Of a stretch of 64,000 nucleotides of DNA, positions 34,656 through 48,346 are shown in pieces. A program made the translations under genes and the position numbers. How positions within the stretch are numbered: position 1 is the stretch's first letter; every line of letters begins with the position of its first letter. The notes beneath the pieces are model-generated. The model had not been told where the DNA came from, ran no database searches, and was given only the letters and a program-made list of their open reading frames with translations. This stretch comes from Centroscyllium fabricii (lineage: Eukaryota): assembly GCA_051313645.2 (NCBI GenBank), contig JBNRSN020000016.1, forward strand, positions 58,776,001 through 58,840,000, in the 5' to 3' direction.

Positions 34656-36742
34656 CTGAAATAAAGATTAAATTATGGACCAATTTTCATGAATCTAGAG
34701 GTTTTGATACCACTAACAAAAGTGAAAAATCTCTACTTTATTCTACACAATGTTGTTTCATGCAATAGTCTAAACTGGGTCTATGTTTTTCTTTATAGTC
34801 AAATTCAAAACTATTACATAAACAAATACATAAATCTTTACTGTAGAACACAAGGGTAGTACAGGATTGGAAAGGAGAAGTTTTAAAAATGTGAAAGCAA
34901 AAGGTTCACAAGTTTATATCAAAAGCTTGGAGGGGATACTTTCACTGTGATCTTGCATATCAGACACACCCCACCCCCTATTATTACAGTTATTACATTT
35001 CCTCAGTTACAAGATAACTGCATCTTAGGTCTTTTGATAATCGTCATGGTATTTTTGCTAGGCTTTGGGATGTTGACCATGAGATATAACTCAAAATGCT
35101 CAGCTCTCAAGAACCATGAAAGGGCAGTAGATTTCTATTTGTTCTCCACATTTCCCAAAACATATAAAAAAATAAGACCATGGCTTGTTTGTAGCGTCAC
35201 CTTTTCGAACCAACTCTCATGATTTTAAAATAATGGAAAACAGCAAGAGGAAAATAATGAAAATGAGAAAGGAAAACAAGGAACAGGCAGATCACATAAC
35301 AATATGTATCGTCACGTGCAGGAAGATAACTCAAAGCACTTAGAATTAGAAGGAAAAACAGCAAATGTCGAGCAGGAGGGGGAAAAGTGAAAATTGGAGG
35401 GGACCAAAGGCACAGTTAAAGAGAAAAGGTCACAGGAATGTTAGACTTTGTAAAGACAAGGACATGGGCTGAAGTGTTTTGAATGAGTTGAAGCTTGTGG
35501 AGGGTTGAGGCAAAGAAGCCATCTGGGAGCATGTTAGAAGTCAAGCCTGAAGGTAATGAAGGACGAGACTATGATTTAAGTGGGAAAGGTAGGGTGGAGG
35601 CAGGCAATGTTGTGGCGCTGAGCACTGTTGGGGATGTGGAATAAAGTAGCTCAGTTAACAGAGTGGATCTGCGGGAGCTTGAAGTTCAGCAGTATACAAA
35701 GGGTCTGGACTTTCTGACTCAGTCCAATAGGTGGCAGCCACGGAGGTTGACCGAGACCCAACAAAAAACAAAAAAAGTGTTGGTTTTGCTGGAGGAAATG
35801 TTGGCTTATCCAGGTCTTGATATTAGCTTTCTGATCGATGGAGGTGGTGCTGGGTGTGTTTAGCATATAAGTGGAACCTGACCATATGCTTCCTGATGAT
35901 ATGGCCAATGGTAAAGTAGTCATAGTAGTTTCCATATGCAACAGATATTTATGGTATTTCACTTATAGTGGAAGGCTAGATCATGAACGCTACAGATAAA
36001 TTTGGTAAAGTTAGCATAACTAATTAATAGCCGATCTAATAGCATCAACAAATGCAACCCCCAGATTGGGTTCCCTTCTCCCCTTCCCAGAGGTAAGTCA
36101 CCTTTCCCTAACTAAGTGTGGTCAAACAACCTTCTCCCAGCCTCTGCTAGTTGCTGGGAGTTGCACGGGAACAGCTTAGTGTGAAATTCTCTCTCGCATA
36201 ACTATGTGCAATAAATATTCCATAACACACAGCTCAGTAGCAATTAAGCAATCACAATTACAGAGAGCATCTCTGAGTGCAAGTGAACTCTGCAAATCGG
36301 AAAAGTCCATCCTTAATGTTGGTATGAGTTACAAACAATAGGTCTTCCATTCTTCACCACTGGATGAGAAACACATTACAGTACATACACAGAATAAGGA
36401 GCCAGGGCTAATGTGTACCAATGGGTTCAGTGCCCCCACGCTACCTTGCATCTACAATCAAACTAGTTGTTGCAATGTAACCTTTCCAGAGTCAGTGTCT
36501 AATTTATCTATAGACTAGAAACAGAACTAGGGTTAAATAAAGTGGATAGTCGCTTTGATACTGTAAACATTAAATTAATATGACAGCACATCATACTGAG
36601 TTCATCAGCACACCTTGCTGTCTGGATTTTGTTCAATGTATTTTTAAGATTCATCTTTATATGTATTGGCCTCTTGCCATCTTATTTCTAAGAGGTGTAT
36701 ACTGTCAGGTTGAAAGAAAGAGACAATAAAGAATACATTTAC

Positions 36743-36884
36743 CAGCTCATTGTCAGCACAGATCTTTCTCATTACTGTCTGAAGTATTCTCAGCCCATTT
36801 TCCCTTCGCAGAGTAAAGTATAAAAAGGCACCAAGAACCCAGGGAATATCAGTTGGAGGATTTTCCATTTCCCCCGAAAGTACC
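36743..36884 (-). CDS. FANCA: FANCA ~exon 37: (R)VLSGEMENPPTDIPWVLGAFLYFTLRRENGLRILQTVMRKICADNEL
   Basis: 142 nt, AG/GT, phase 2-0 fits neighbours. Confidence 0.82.
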
Positions 36885-38139
36885 CTGCAACAATTTAAGA
36901 AAAAATGGAATATATAAATCTCCCTTTATCAAGTCTTGTATTTCAACTTGTAACTGCAGTTTGTACAAGGGGAACAACCTCAGACTGCTCAAACCGGTTA
37001 TTTTTGCAGCGTCAAACTTTTTATTCATGTACTCCCAAAATTTATCTGACCATATAAAGAAAAGAAGCTTCAAAAATAAACTTATTGACCAGAATCACAA
37101 GGAAAAAAGGAAACAAGGTAATGTATTTGGATAGCTCTTATTGGACACTTTGATATCCAGTTGAGCTTCCGTTATCAGAATTATTAAATTGAGGTCTTTC
37201 TTACTGCAGTTTTCTCCCTTCCTCTCCTGAAGATGCAGACTCCTCCTGGAGCTCTGATTTCATGGTTTGCAGTTGCCTTTCAGTACCTTCCCCAAGTGCT
37301 ATTATTCAGTGTTGATGAGTGTCTGCAGACTATTTGACACTAGGGGGCAGCACAGTGAACTGATCGTTTCTTCACCCAGCATCCACACTTTAAGTAATAA
37401 GAAGCAGGATCCCGTCTATTTTAATCACCCAGGAGTGCTGAAACCAATTGGAGCACCCCGACAGCTGCTCCACACAAGATTAGGACTGACTAAGGGACCA
37501 AACCTTCTGGCCTGTATGGGTCAGCTAATCACTGATAAACTCAGAGCTTTTGGGGGAAGCAATATATTGATGTTACCTTGAATCAGCAAGTCTGAGCCCA
37601 ATCAGCTTTTATTTGTTTACTGCATTTTAGTTATTCTAGAGAGGAAGAACTTCATTACACTCCACAAATTTATCATTTTTGAATGGGGCCCAAGCCCAGC
37701 TCTTGGGCTCCTCAGCTAGAAGTTTGAGGAAAAACCACCCCCCTTTTGTATTTAATTTTTTTGTGCTAATGAGAGGTATTTCAAAGGGGGTTTAGTAATT
37801 CCACGATGAGCACTTGGGGAAAAAAAGGCTGACTTTGCACTGTGTGCATTTTTAACGCACTGTAATTTGGATGAAAAAGCTCATTCCCATGGGCCAGTAA
37901 TGAGGCCATGAGCAGACTTTGATACATGGATCCCACAGAATTGATGATAATGGTGCAGCAACTTCCTTTGCAGTTGGTCTTCCAATTTCTCATTTAGACT
38001 TTCACATAACCTCAAAGAGCCTTTTCGTGGTAACTTAATGGTGCCTTGCACATCAATCTCTTCAATCAATGCCTGCTCAAACACGACCACTGTATTAGCC
38101 CGTGTTTCACGTCCAATTTACTTTAAACAAACAGGCATT

Positions 38140-39019
38140 GGGCCCTGTTTTCCTGTGCTCCAGAAGAACTGCACCCCCACGAAGGGGGGTCAGAAATGCC
38201 TCGTGGGGGTGCAGCTCGGGTGATTACCAGAAACGTGAATTTCCTGTGCTGATGGGCAAGGGGCTTCAGCTTCCTACCCAGGAAGACTTTGAGCTGCCGA
38301 TTTCCTGTGGCAGCTGCTCAAAATGCGTGTGTATCACGTGGGCAAGTCTCTCTTCAGCTGCACATTTAAAAAGCAGTCTTAGAGGTGCTGCAGCAGCTTT
38401 GAGAAGTGGAGAAACACATTTAAAGATAAGTTTTTTTTTGATTCCTTTGCAGATATTTGTCTGTGGTCTTTCAGCTTTTAAATGGGTGGGGTTGTTTTTT
38501 TGGTGAAAGTGAAAAAAAAACGGGTTTTTAACGCGATGTCAGCAGCTCTGATGGCCATCACTGATAGCTGCTTAATTCGTGTTAAAAACCCGGGTTTTTT
38601 TCACTTTCACCAAAAAAAAAACCCCTATCCATTTAAAAGCTGAAAGACCACAGGCAAATATCTGCAAAGGAATCAAAAAAAAAAACTTACCTTTAAATGT
38701 GTTTTTTTCACTTCCACCAAAAAAAAACAAGGTGCTTCCTAGAAACTAAAAAACAAGGTGCTTCCTACCTGATATTCCTTGTCCCGAGGCCGATTCTGTG
38801 CTTTGTGCGGGGGGAAAGCCAACCTCAGTGGGCGTGGCCTGCTCACAACCTACGCACAAAGCACCTCGCACCAAAAAAAAAAGACCCCTACGCAGGAAAA
38901 AAAAAAATGGCATTTTCCCCAGGAAATTGCCGTCAGAAAAAAAAAAATTACGTGCGCGTGCGCCGCGGGTGCACGTGAGCGCGCACCCGCAGCAATTGGG
39001 CCACAGGAAAACAGGGCCC
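38140..39019. mobile_element. PIF/Harbinger-type MITE with a long internal palindrome
   Basis: 18-bp TIRs GGGCCCTGTTTTCCTGTG / CACAGGAAAACAGGGCCC; 3-bp ATT duplication. Confidence 0.78.
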
Positions 39020-39478
39020 ATTATGTTGATGTCCACTGTCTAATTATCAACAGTGCAGCAACAAGCCATGTGTTCTGATCTGCAGTGGAAAGCGAGAACA
39101 ATCACAGATGTGACCTGTAAATAATACATTGTAGTAAAAGCTATGTTCCAGGGTGGGATTTCCTGAAGGGCGTTCTTCACTGGCAGGAACATCCTCACAA
39201 GGGACTGCATCCCCATAAAGGAAAAAGCATTAAGAGTCACAGAAAAACTGATTTTTAATGTGTTTGCGGTGGCATTCTGGCAGGACTTGAAGAGCGTGTT
39301 TCAAACAGAGTAACTATTGTGTATTGCAGCTCTAAATAGCACCTGCATTTAGCTCCACAGAGATGAAGTTACAGGAGGAGCTAGTGTTCGGTTTCACTCT
39401 GTAAATAAACCTGTCCTGTCCTTACTTGGCCTTCATTTCTCAGGCAGTCATGATTTATCCACCTTTTTCCTGGATTAC

Positions 39479-39591
39479 CTGTTGGCCCAACACTGGTTGT
39501 CTGCCATCCTCTGTAGTTCTCTGGGAAGCGAAGCGTTACTAAACCGTTTCCACTGTGTGAACAGCACAGGCTCCAGTCTCAGCCACCAATA
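39479..39591 (-). CDS. FANCA: FANCA ~exon 36: YWWLRLEPVLFTQWKRFSNASLPRELQRMADNQCWAN(R)
   Basis: 113 nt, AG/GT, WW..LEPVL...W and LPRELQ motifs. Confidence 0.93.
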
Positions 39592-39627
39592 CTTCATGAA
39601 CAAGACACAACAGGTTGACATTAATAA

Positions 39628-40335
39628 GATAGCAAAATACTGCAGATGCTGGAAATCCGAAAATAACAACAGAAAACGCTGGAAAAACTCAGCAGGCCAG
39701 GCAACATCCGTGGAGAGAGAAATAGAGTCAACGTTTCGGGTCGAAAGCCTTCTACAGCAGTGGTCCCCAACCGCCGGTCCGCGGACCGATACCGGTCCGC
39801 GGTAGGTTCTGTGAATCGGCACATGCGTAGATCATTCGCTGACGGTCCGCGGCAGGGTCTGTGAATCGGCGCATGCGCAGATCAATTGCCGACGGGCCGC
39901 GGCAGGGTCTGTGAATCGGCGCATGCGCCGATCATTCGCCGACGGAAGACGACACCCCCGCCGGTCAGTCAAAAAAACTCCGCCACAAGGCTATTTGGGG
40001 CCTGGGAAATGCAGGAGGGGATGGAAGAAGAGACCTTAAGAGATATTCAAGGTGAGACGAGATAGTGATCGACAGGTAAAGAAACAAACACTGGCTCTAG
40101 ATGAAGTGTGAAATGTGCTTGCAGAGTGAGAGACCACTGCCATGTGGTTAACAAGGCTTAGTAGTTTCATGGTCAACACTTTTTCTGGGATAAGCAAAAT
40201 ATGACTTTTGTAACTTATTAAGGTTAAATTGTGGTCGACCCAAATAGATCTATAGCAGACAACAGTTACATTAACTGTGTTTCTCTCCACCGATGCTGCC
40301 TGAACTGCTGAGTTTTTCCAGCATGTTCTGTTGTT
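39628..40335. mobile_element. Penelope-type terminal fragments in inverted arrangement with a partial hAT MITE inserted at 39758
   Basis: Penelope-like tail (GATGCTGCC..CTGCTGAGTTTTTCCAGC) on both strands; CAGTGGTCCCCAACC terminus with ~45-bp repeats. Confidence 0.6.
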
Positions 40336-40816
40336 GAGTTACATTAAAGTTGTGGGACAAGGTTACACATAGAGTCATAGAGTAATACAGCACAGAAAGA
40401 GGCCCTTCGGCCCATCGCGTCCGTGACGCCCATCAATCCCACGCTGGAGAAATATAAATCTCTATTGTTTGGATTGCTGAACCTGAAGAAATTCCTAAAT
40501 AATTCATTTTTGAAAACACAACAGACAACATTCAGCAACAAAACTTGCAACTAAATACCCTGAAGTTGTAGTTCCTTTTTATTTGGCTGTACAGGTCATC
40601 TGAAATCAGTATATACAATATTCAGAAATAATTTAATAGATTTGAACAGAGAAATTAGATCGTTTTATAGTTAAATCTTTTGAGCTCAAATTTTTTCATT
40701 TTTTCTTTTACCCCCCACCATGGCACTATTTTGAAGAGGAGCAGGAGAGTTATCCCCGGTGTCCTGGTCAATATTTATCCCTCAAACACAACAAAAAACA
40801 GATTATCTGGTCATTA

Positions 40817-41546
40817 TTGGGAAATGTTGATGTACAGAGGGACCTGGGTGTCCTTGTACACCAGTCACTGAAAGCAAACATGCAGGTGCAGCAAGCAGTT
40901 AGGAAGGCAAATGGTATGTTGGCCTTCATTGCAAGAGGATTGGAGTACAGGAGCAAGGATGTCTTGCTGCAGTTGTACAGGGCCTTGGGTGAGACCACAC
41001 CTGGAGTACTGGGTGCAGCTTTGGTCTCCTTACCTAAGAAAGGATATACTTGCCATAGAGGGAGTGCAGCGAAGGCTCACCAGAATGATTCCTGGGATGG
41101 CAGGACTGTCAGACGAGGAGAGATTGGGTCGACTAGGCCTGTATTCACTAGAGTTTAGAAGAATGAGAGGGGATCTCATTGAAGCCTATAAAATTCTGAC
41201 AGGGCTAGACTGGATGCAGGGAGGATGTTTCTCCTGGCTGGGGGGGGGGGGGGGGGGGGGGGTCTAGAACAAGGGGGTCACAGTCTCAGGATAAGGGGTA
41301 GGACATTTAGGACTGAGGTGAGGAGAAATTTCTTCACTCAGAGGGGGGTGAACCTGTGGAATTCTCTACCACAGAAGGCTGTGGAGGCCAAGTCACTGAA
41401 TATATTTAAGTAGGAGATAGATAGATTTCTAGACACAAAAGGCGTCAAGGGGTATGGGGAGAGAGCAGGAGTATGGTATTGAGATAGAGGATCAGCCATG
41501 ATCATAGTGAATGGCCGAGGCCTGCTCCTATTTTTCTATGTTTCTA
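40817..41546 (+). mobile_element. 5'-truncated CR1 inserted in a Deu-type SINE (~40710-41700)
   Basis: CR1 ORF2 end motifs; SINE sequence on both flanks is contiguous once the CR1 is removed. Confidence 0.8.
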
Positions 41547-42108
41547 TTATCACATTGCTGGTTGTGGGAGCTTGTGCGCAAATTGACTGCCGCGTTTCCT
41601 ACATTACAACAGTGACTCCACTTCAAAGGGTACTTAATTGGCTGTAAAGCACTTTGAGACGTCTGGTGGTCATGAAAGGCGCTATATAAATGCAAGTCTT
41701 TTTTGGGGGTGACCAGTACCCAATTGTAATGCACAAGTTGTTATTTGACCATGCAAGTTTATAAGAACAGCCAATTTTATGTTGACATAGCTCAGCTATT
41801 CTAACAACCAGTAGATATGTACAGTATATTATTAATTATTATTATATATTATATTATATTATATTATATTAACCAGTAGATATGCTAACATACATACAGT
41901 ACACCGGTTAATGGCTAATTAGGTTGTGATAATAAATGTGCTTTGATTGAATGTATTGGCCGGAGACTTCAGCATCTATTCCCCAAAGGAACAGCTTATG
42001 AACTCATGGGAAATGACAAACAAAAGTCATTGCTGAGTCAAACACAAACAAATAAAGAGAACTGCTATGTTTGCACACAAATATTACGACACAGAAAGCT
42101 GTATTTAC

Positions 42109-42213
42109 CGCTGCAGATAATAAAAGCAGAGGACATCGTGCTCTGCCATCGTTCAGAATACCAGCAACGACACAATCAGGTTCTTCACAGTCGACACAAG
42201 CATTAAGCAAACC
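42109..42213 (-). CDS. FANCA: FANCA ~exon 35: GLLNACVDCEEPDCVVAGILNDGRARCPLLLLSAA
   Basis: 105 nt, AG/GT, GLLNAC and CPL.L.SA motifs. Confidence 0.93.
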
Positions 42214-42499
42214 CTGAAACATACAGAACTAGTTGCATATTAATTATATCACCAATGTCCATTGATTTTACTTCAGAATATAAACATAAAAGCATTTCCT
42301 TATAGGGTGGCAACATTTTTTATTTTGGGGTAGCTGGGGCCAGGTCTCCTTAATAAGGAGTCAGGATATAGTTCAATGACGTGGATATGAATCGGACTTC
42401 AGGTCTTTTTAATATCCCTGCTCACTTCCACAGCACCAACAAACAAGGGGATGAGAACGAGTTTTAATTTAAGATGGGAGAATATTTTTTATTTTTTTA

Positions 42500-42830
42500 T
42501 TTTTAATTCATTTATGGGATCTGGGCATCGCTGGCAATGCCAGCATTTACTGCCCATCCCTAGTTGCCCTTGAGAAGGTGATGGTGAGCCGCCTTCTTGA
42601 GCTGCTGCAGTCCGTGTGGTGAAGGTACTCCCACAGTGCTGTTAGGTAGGCAGTTCCAGGATTTTGACCCAGCGACGTTGAAGGATCAGCGATATACTTC
42701 CAAGTCAGAATGGTGTGTGACTTGGAGGGGAACTTGGAGGTGGTGGTGTTCCCATGAGCCTGCTGCCCTTGTCCTTCTAGGTGGAAGAGGTCACGGGTTT
42801 TGGGAGGTGCTGCCGAAGAAGCCTTGGCGA
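42500..42830 (-). mobile_element. 3' fragment of the second LINE family (as 4450-5290)
   Basis: Reverse-complement similarity to 4980-5280. Confidence 0.8.
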
Positions 42831-43440
42831 TACATGTAGATTATATGTAATGGTATACCACACAGATATTTGCCACCTCTGATCCCATGCATAGTAACTG
42901 CTTGCACAAGCAGTCTGATCTGCACTGCCACAATGTAATGATGCCATCAGTAATGGCCCAGATTTTGCTGTTAAAACAATGGTGAGGCTAATGGCACTTG
43001 CCGTTATTTACGTGCAAGCGATACAGCAACTTCAGGCGAGGGGCAGATGCACGGTTAAACGCGGATATGCAAACGTTGCTGTCCGAGTTGCATCGCTGCG
43101 CCTCTTATGGAAAAGATTCCTTTTTCTTACTAAGGATTTGGCTTAAGTAACCATGTGTAATGAAATCTGTTGCCTGTATGTGTTCCTTTTGTACTCATGT
43201 ATATTACCCTCCCCCACTGTGTATAGTTTCACTTCCTGTTTCCTGACTAAACCTGGGAGATTCCAGGAATTGACTTTGGTTCCACCCCTGGCTCACCTTA
43301 CATAAAGATTCAGGATCTGTGTAACTCATTCCTGTGAGACAGCCGGCCCATTGAGATGTGAGCTCTAATTCTTAGTAATTAAAAGCCTTTCTGTTTAAGT
43401 CTATAACTTCTAGTTTTGTAGTTATTGAAGGCACATCATG

Positions 43441-45210
43441 GTTTCATCATCCTACCAATATTCAGCACCTTGCACTGATCTGCATTGAATTTCATCTGCT
43501 ACTGATTTCCCAATTGCTGATTGTATCCCAACTGCTTTTGCAGGTCACTGGCTGTGTTGTCAGTCTCAACAACTCACCCCCATCTCATTTGACGTCACAG
43601 TTGAATTCTTGGCACTTGCATATGGAGAAGAGCAGAAGGACTGAGGATTTTTTTGAAGTCACCAAATATTTCTAGGCAGGAATTTTTTTACTGTTTTTTT
43701 TTAAACTTACAAATGTGGGTCTCTGTGAATTTATGCTCGAGTGTGAACATGTTTTTATGCTTGTAAGAGAGTACAAGAGTGAGTTTCTGCTGGGATCAGA
43801 GTGGGTTTGCTAGTGCGAGTTACAGGAACAGTCTTCCCCAGCCCCAAGTCTACTCCCTCCACCCGTGTACATGGCCCCCATCATGGAAATCATACACTTG
43901 AGTTATTGAATTTTACTAATAACGAAAACAAAAAACTGATAGTTATGTCAGTTTATAATACGTTATATATCTAAGATTGTAACTCTGCAGCAAGCCTGTG
44001 ACATTGCTGAGGGGTTTATGCTAATCAACATGAACCAATTATGGTTCCATGTGCCAATTACATCCTCAAGAATACACAAGGTAACATTGATTATGCTGCT
44101 TAATTTTAGCTTTTTTAAAAAAAAGTTATCTTTAGTTTTTCCTCTCATGCAACAAGGCCCCAACCCACTTATCTTGTCGCTGCTGCTTGATAGGAATCGT
44201 TGTCTGTTCCTGCTCTTCCTATTGCCAGGAAATGCTGCCAATTCTTTTTCACAAGACAGATAGATATATAGTCAACCTATCTGAGCTTATCCATCCAGAA
44301 TATTCCACCCATCACATCATCTTACTCTCTCAAGTTTAAGATTTTTGTTTGCCCTGAACTTTCCTTTCACCAGTTTTTGAGCATTGCCCCTTTGTTCTCA
44401 TATATTGACACACATTGAAATAGAGCTCGAGATTAACCTCATCAATGCCTTTTAATGACTTATATACTTCTGCAAGGGGGAAGGAGTCCCTTTTCAGTCT
44501 CCGCCTTTCGAGACTGCAGCGTTCCATTTTCCCCAGTCCTTACTCACAATTTAGTCCTTTGACGCCAGTCTTGTCGCTCTTCTCTATAGCCTCACCACGG
44601 CTTGAGTGCTTCCCTTAGACTTGGTGACTAAAACTGAACTCAGGGTGCATTCTGACCAGGGCTCTACTATAATTAGGCACTCTATTCACTTTATTATACT
44701 GCTCTGCAGCAATTTGACACATTAAATGTCAAATCTGCCATCACATTCCTACCTCTCTGTGCTTAAGCTTTACCCGTTTCATCATCCTACCAATATTCAG
44801 CACCTTACACTGATCTGCATTGAATTTCATCTGCTACTGATTTCCCAATTGCAGACTGTATCCCAACTCCTTTTGTAGGTCACTGGCTGTGTTGTCAGTC
44901 TCAACAACTCACCCCCATCTCATTTGACGTCACAGTTGAATTCTTGGCACTTGCATACGGAGAAGAGCAGAAGGACTGAGGATTTTTTTTGAAATCACCA
45001 AATATTTCTAGGCAGGAATTTTTTTTTTTTTTAAACTTACAAATGTGGGTCTCTCTGTGAATTTATGCTCGAGTGTGAACATGTTTATATGCTTGTAAGA
45101 GAGTACAAGAGTGAGTTTCTGCTGGGGTCAGAGTGGGTTTGCTAGTGCGAGTTACAGGAACAGTCTTCCCCAGCCCCAAGTCTACTCCCTCCACCCGTGT
45201 ACATGGCCCC
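43441..45210 (+). repeat. ~435-bp direct duplication (43441-43878 and 44776-45210)
   Basis: Two near-identical copies ~1.3 kb apart. Confidence 0.9.
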
Positions 45211-46311
45211 CACCCCCACCTCCCATTACCTCCTTAGCAAACAGGAGAAGCAATATCATTTCTACAGTTAACATGGGGTTGAGTTTGGGTCCAGAACTCT
45301 GACCGAGTTGAAAAGAAAAGGGGAAAAAATCCTTTTAAAGGGGGCTACGGGAGAATTGGACATAAAAAGGTCGAGGAGAAACAAAGAGGAGAAACTGAGA
45401 AAACAGTTGCGGATAAGCAAAGAAATACAATAGACAGTATGAGCACGGCAGAGAGAGAAGAAGTAAAATTGTTCAAGAACAAAAGACAAATGGTGAGAAG
45501 TCAACAAAGAATTAAGAGAGTAGGAGCCAATCAGACAGAGAGTCACTAGAACAGCGAGACGGGTATTTTTTTCTCTCCCTGAGGATTGCAAGAGATCAGC
45601 TGCCACATTATAAAAATTAGTAAATGCACAATCTCAGGGTTCAGATGGCAGTTTTAATTTACTCAATATTTACTCACACTATTTAGGAATGCCTATAAAG
45701 AAAAGCGAGCAATTAGAAAAGTGAAAAACAAAACAGCATAAGTGCACGAAAGGCTAGGAACAAGAGAGCAGTCCACACCAGTGAGATCATAGCTTTTGAT
45801 ACAGTGCCTTGCAGACTGACATGATTTTGTTTAGTATCACCCCTGTGGATGATGGAACAGCGGAACAGTTGAACCAAAATCTAGAAATAAAAAGCTGGTA
45901 TCAGTAAAAAAAAAGTGACCATGAAGCCATCAGATTGCCATAAAAACCCAACTGGTTTGCTAATGTCCTTTAATGAACAAAACCGGTTGCCCTTACCTGG
46001 TCTGGCCTATATGTGACTTCAGTCTCACACCAATGTGGTTGCTTTTTAACTGCCCTCTGAAGTGGCCCAGCAAGACACTTCGCTATATCAAACTTTACAG
46101 GGTATCTCAGGATGGGCAATACTTGGTGGCCTTGGCAGTGATGTCCACATCCCAAGAATTAATTTAAATGTAAAATGTAAGTTATCAGAACGGAAAATTA
46201 TGCAACGGTCTTGCAATTTGTTCCAACTGTATGTTAAAGAATGTGACGTTGTGCAGCACACATTTTACTCATACTGAACAGGAGAGTAATAATCAGAACT
46301 GGATTGCTTAC

Positions 46312-46371
46312 TCTGAAGAAGTGCAAGGTAATGCCAAAGGGAATCACAATTTCCTTGGAGTAGCCGTTCCG
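46312..46371 (-). CDS. FANCA: FANCA ~exon 34: RNGYSKEIVIPFGITLHFFR
   Basis: 60 nt, AG/GT, IT.HFFR motif. Confidence 0.9.
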
Positions 46372-47235
46372 CTGTAAACAGATAAAGAAACGGTAAGAGA
46401 GTTTAGAGCCCTCAATCAATGGGAATTGCAACAAACAAAGGTAGTTAGTATGAACACCATATTTATTACTCCCATGACCTGGAACCTAAAAATCTCTTGA
46501 CAAAGCCACAATGCAGATTGCAATAGAGTAATGGCCCACCTTAAAAGGTACTCTACAAATTACCATAACTATACAAATTACCATAACTATACAAATTACC
46601 ATAACTATACAAATATGACCATCAATTCCATAAATAAAAAGCAATTTATTTAAAAAGTTGCATATTTTCAATTAAATGCCACAAACCCTACTCTACCTGT
46701 ACATATACTGGGCATTATCTATTAATTATATTTGGACAGAATGAATGTAATTAAAGGGCAAGAAAAGTCTGAGGGATAGTACTTTTTGTTCAAATGTACT
46801 TATAAAAAACATAGAAAAAATATCCCTTGAAACTTAAGCAAGACAAATGGTTCAACCCCTCAGGTCAGGTCTCCCAGTTGCTCTGGTGATGTCATCATCA
46901 GGGATGGGTGACATCACTGAGAGGAGCCAAGTGTATCCCAGAGCAACTTCAACGGAGTGACGGCTGCCAATGGCCAGAAGCTGCTGTCAACGGCCGGAAG
47001 CTGCGCAGAAGCGTTCTGCACATAAATATGTGGGAAGTATGAACATATAATAGTCAGATCGCATGCCTAAATCTATGGAGGGTTGGTTTAATAATGTATA
47101 ATAATAGCGCAGGTTGGTTTAAAGTATTAATGTATGATATTTTCTTTGGGGGGGGGGGGGCGGTGGGGGGAGGATTGCGGAGATTTATTTGTACGGTGCA
47201 CAAGTTCCGTGATGGGAAAGGAGAAGAAAAATAAT

Positions 47236-47887
47236 GGCCCAGAAATTCGGGTCCTAATGCGTGAGTACGCACTGGGTACTCACGCGGAGGCCCAACGAAA
47301 GTGCCGGTTTCGTGCATGCGCGGGAAACCGGAACTTCCGTTCCCCTGAAAGAAGGGGTTCAGAGGTGGAACGCGTGCGCGGGAGAGGCAGCGCGTGCGCA
47401 TCGAACTTATGTTGTTTTTTTTTTTATATACAGGTTTTTCCGGGAGGGTACGCCTCCAGAAGTTAGACATGTAAAAAGCAGGCATAAGGCCTGCTTTTAA
47501 CAAGTTAAGTGGTGAATTAATTAAAATTAAAACATTTTTTCCACAGGTTTAATATTTTTAATTACTTTAAAGAAAAGTAAGTCTATTTTTAGCCCCGTTA
47601 GAGAATGTAATTAATTTTTTCAAAATTGAAATTATTGTTTAAAATAGTTATTTCATGTAATTTATAGTTATTTTAAAAATGTGATTTTTTAAAAATGTAT
47701 TTGAAATTTTAGGGATGTTATGGGGCTTATAGTATTTATAGGTTTGACAGCACTTCCTGTGCCGGCAGTTGGAGCAGGCCCAGGATCGCAGTTCCACGCG
47801 GGCCCACAGTTCAATGGCCGGCGCGCTAGGCAAGTGCAGGTTGGAGGCTTACACCCGCGGGAAGCCTCCGACCTGAATTTCTGGGCC
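47236..47887. mobile_element. PIF/Harbinger-type MITE
   Basis: TIRs GGCCCAGAAATTCGGGTC / GACCTGAATTTCTGGGCC; AAT duplication; AT-rich palindromic core. Confidence 0.72.
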
Positions 47888-48346
47888 AATAAAAATGGAC
47901 GTTTACGGTGTTTTGCTGCTGCAGGTTTTCTTTTCCTGATGCGGCTCTGTTCGGCAGTCACGATCTCTTTTCCCCACCGCCCCCCCCCCCTTTCTCTCTG
48001 GAAATGTTTTCTTTGTAATGGTGACAATATTTTCTTTTCAGTTGGCGAACAACCGAAAAAAAAGCACTGAAACTGCGCCTGGGAAACTCCTTCAACTTCA
48101 TTGGCAGCAGCCATATCCCAACTTCAATCAGTGCGATGAGGGAGCCACTACTTCAATCGGAGCTACGCAAGCTCTCTCTACACCAGGAAAACATGCGACC
48201 AGCTGGTTTAGGAATCATCTATTATCATATTAAAACTGACATCGCCATGCACTTCCTGTCAACTTTCTCGATTATAAATTGCTATACCTGTACCACATTT
48301 ATAATGGAAGCTGCCCATGTGAACTTGTCACACTGTAATGAAATAC

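Noticed and set aside
46554-46613. 18-bp triple repeat giving (ICIVMV)n
   Set aside because: Simple intronic tandem duplication with no splice or coding support
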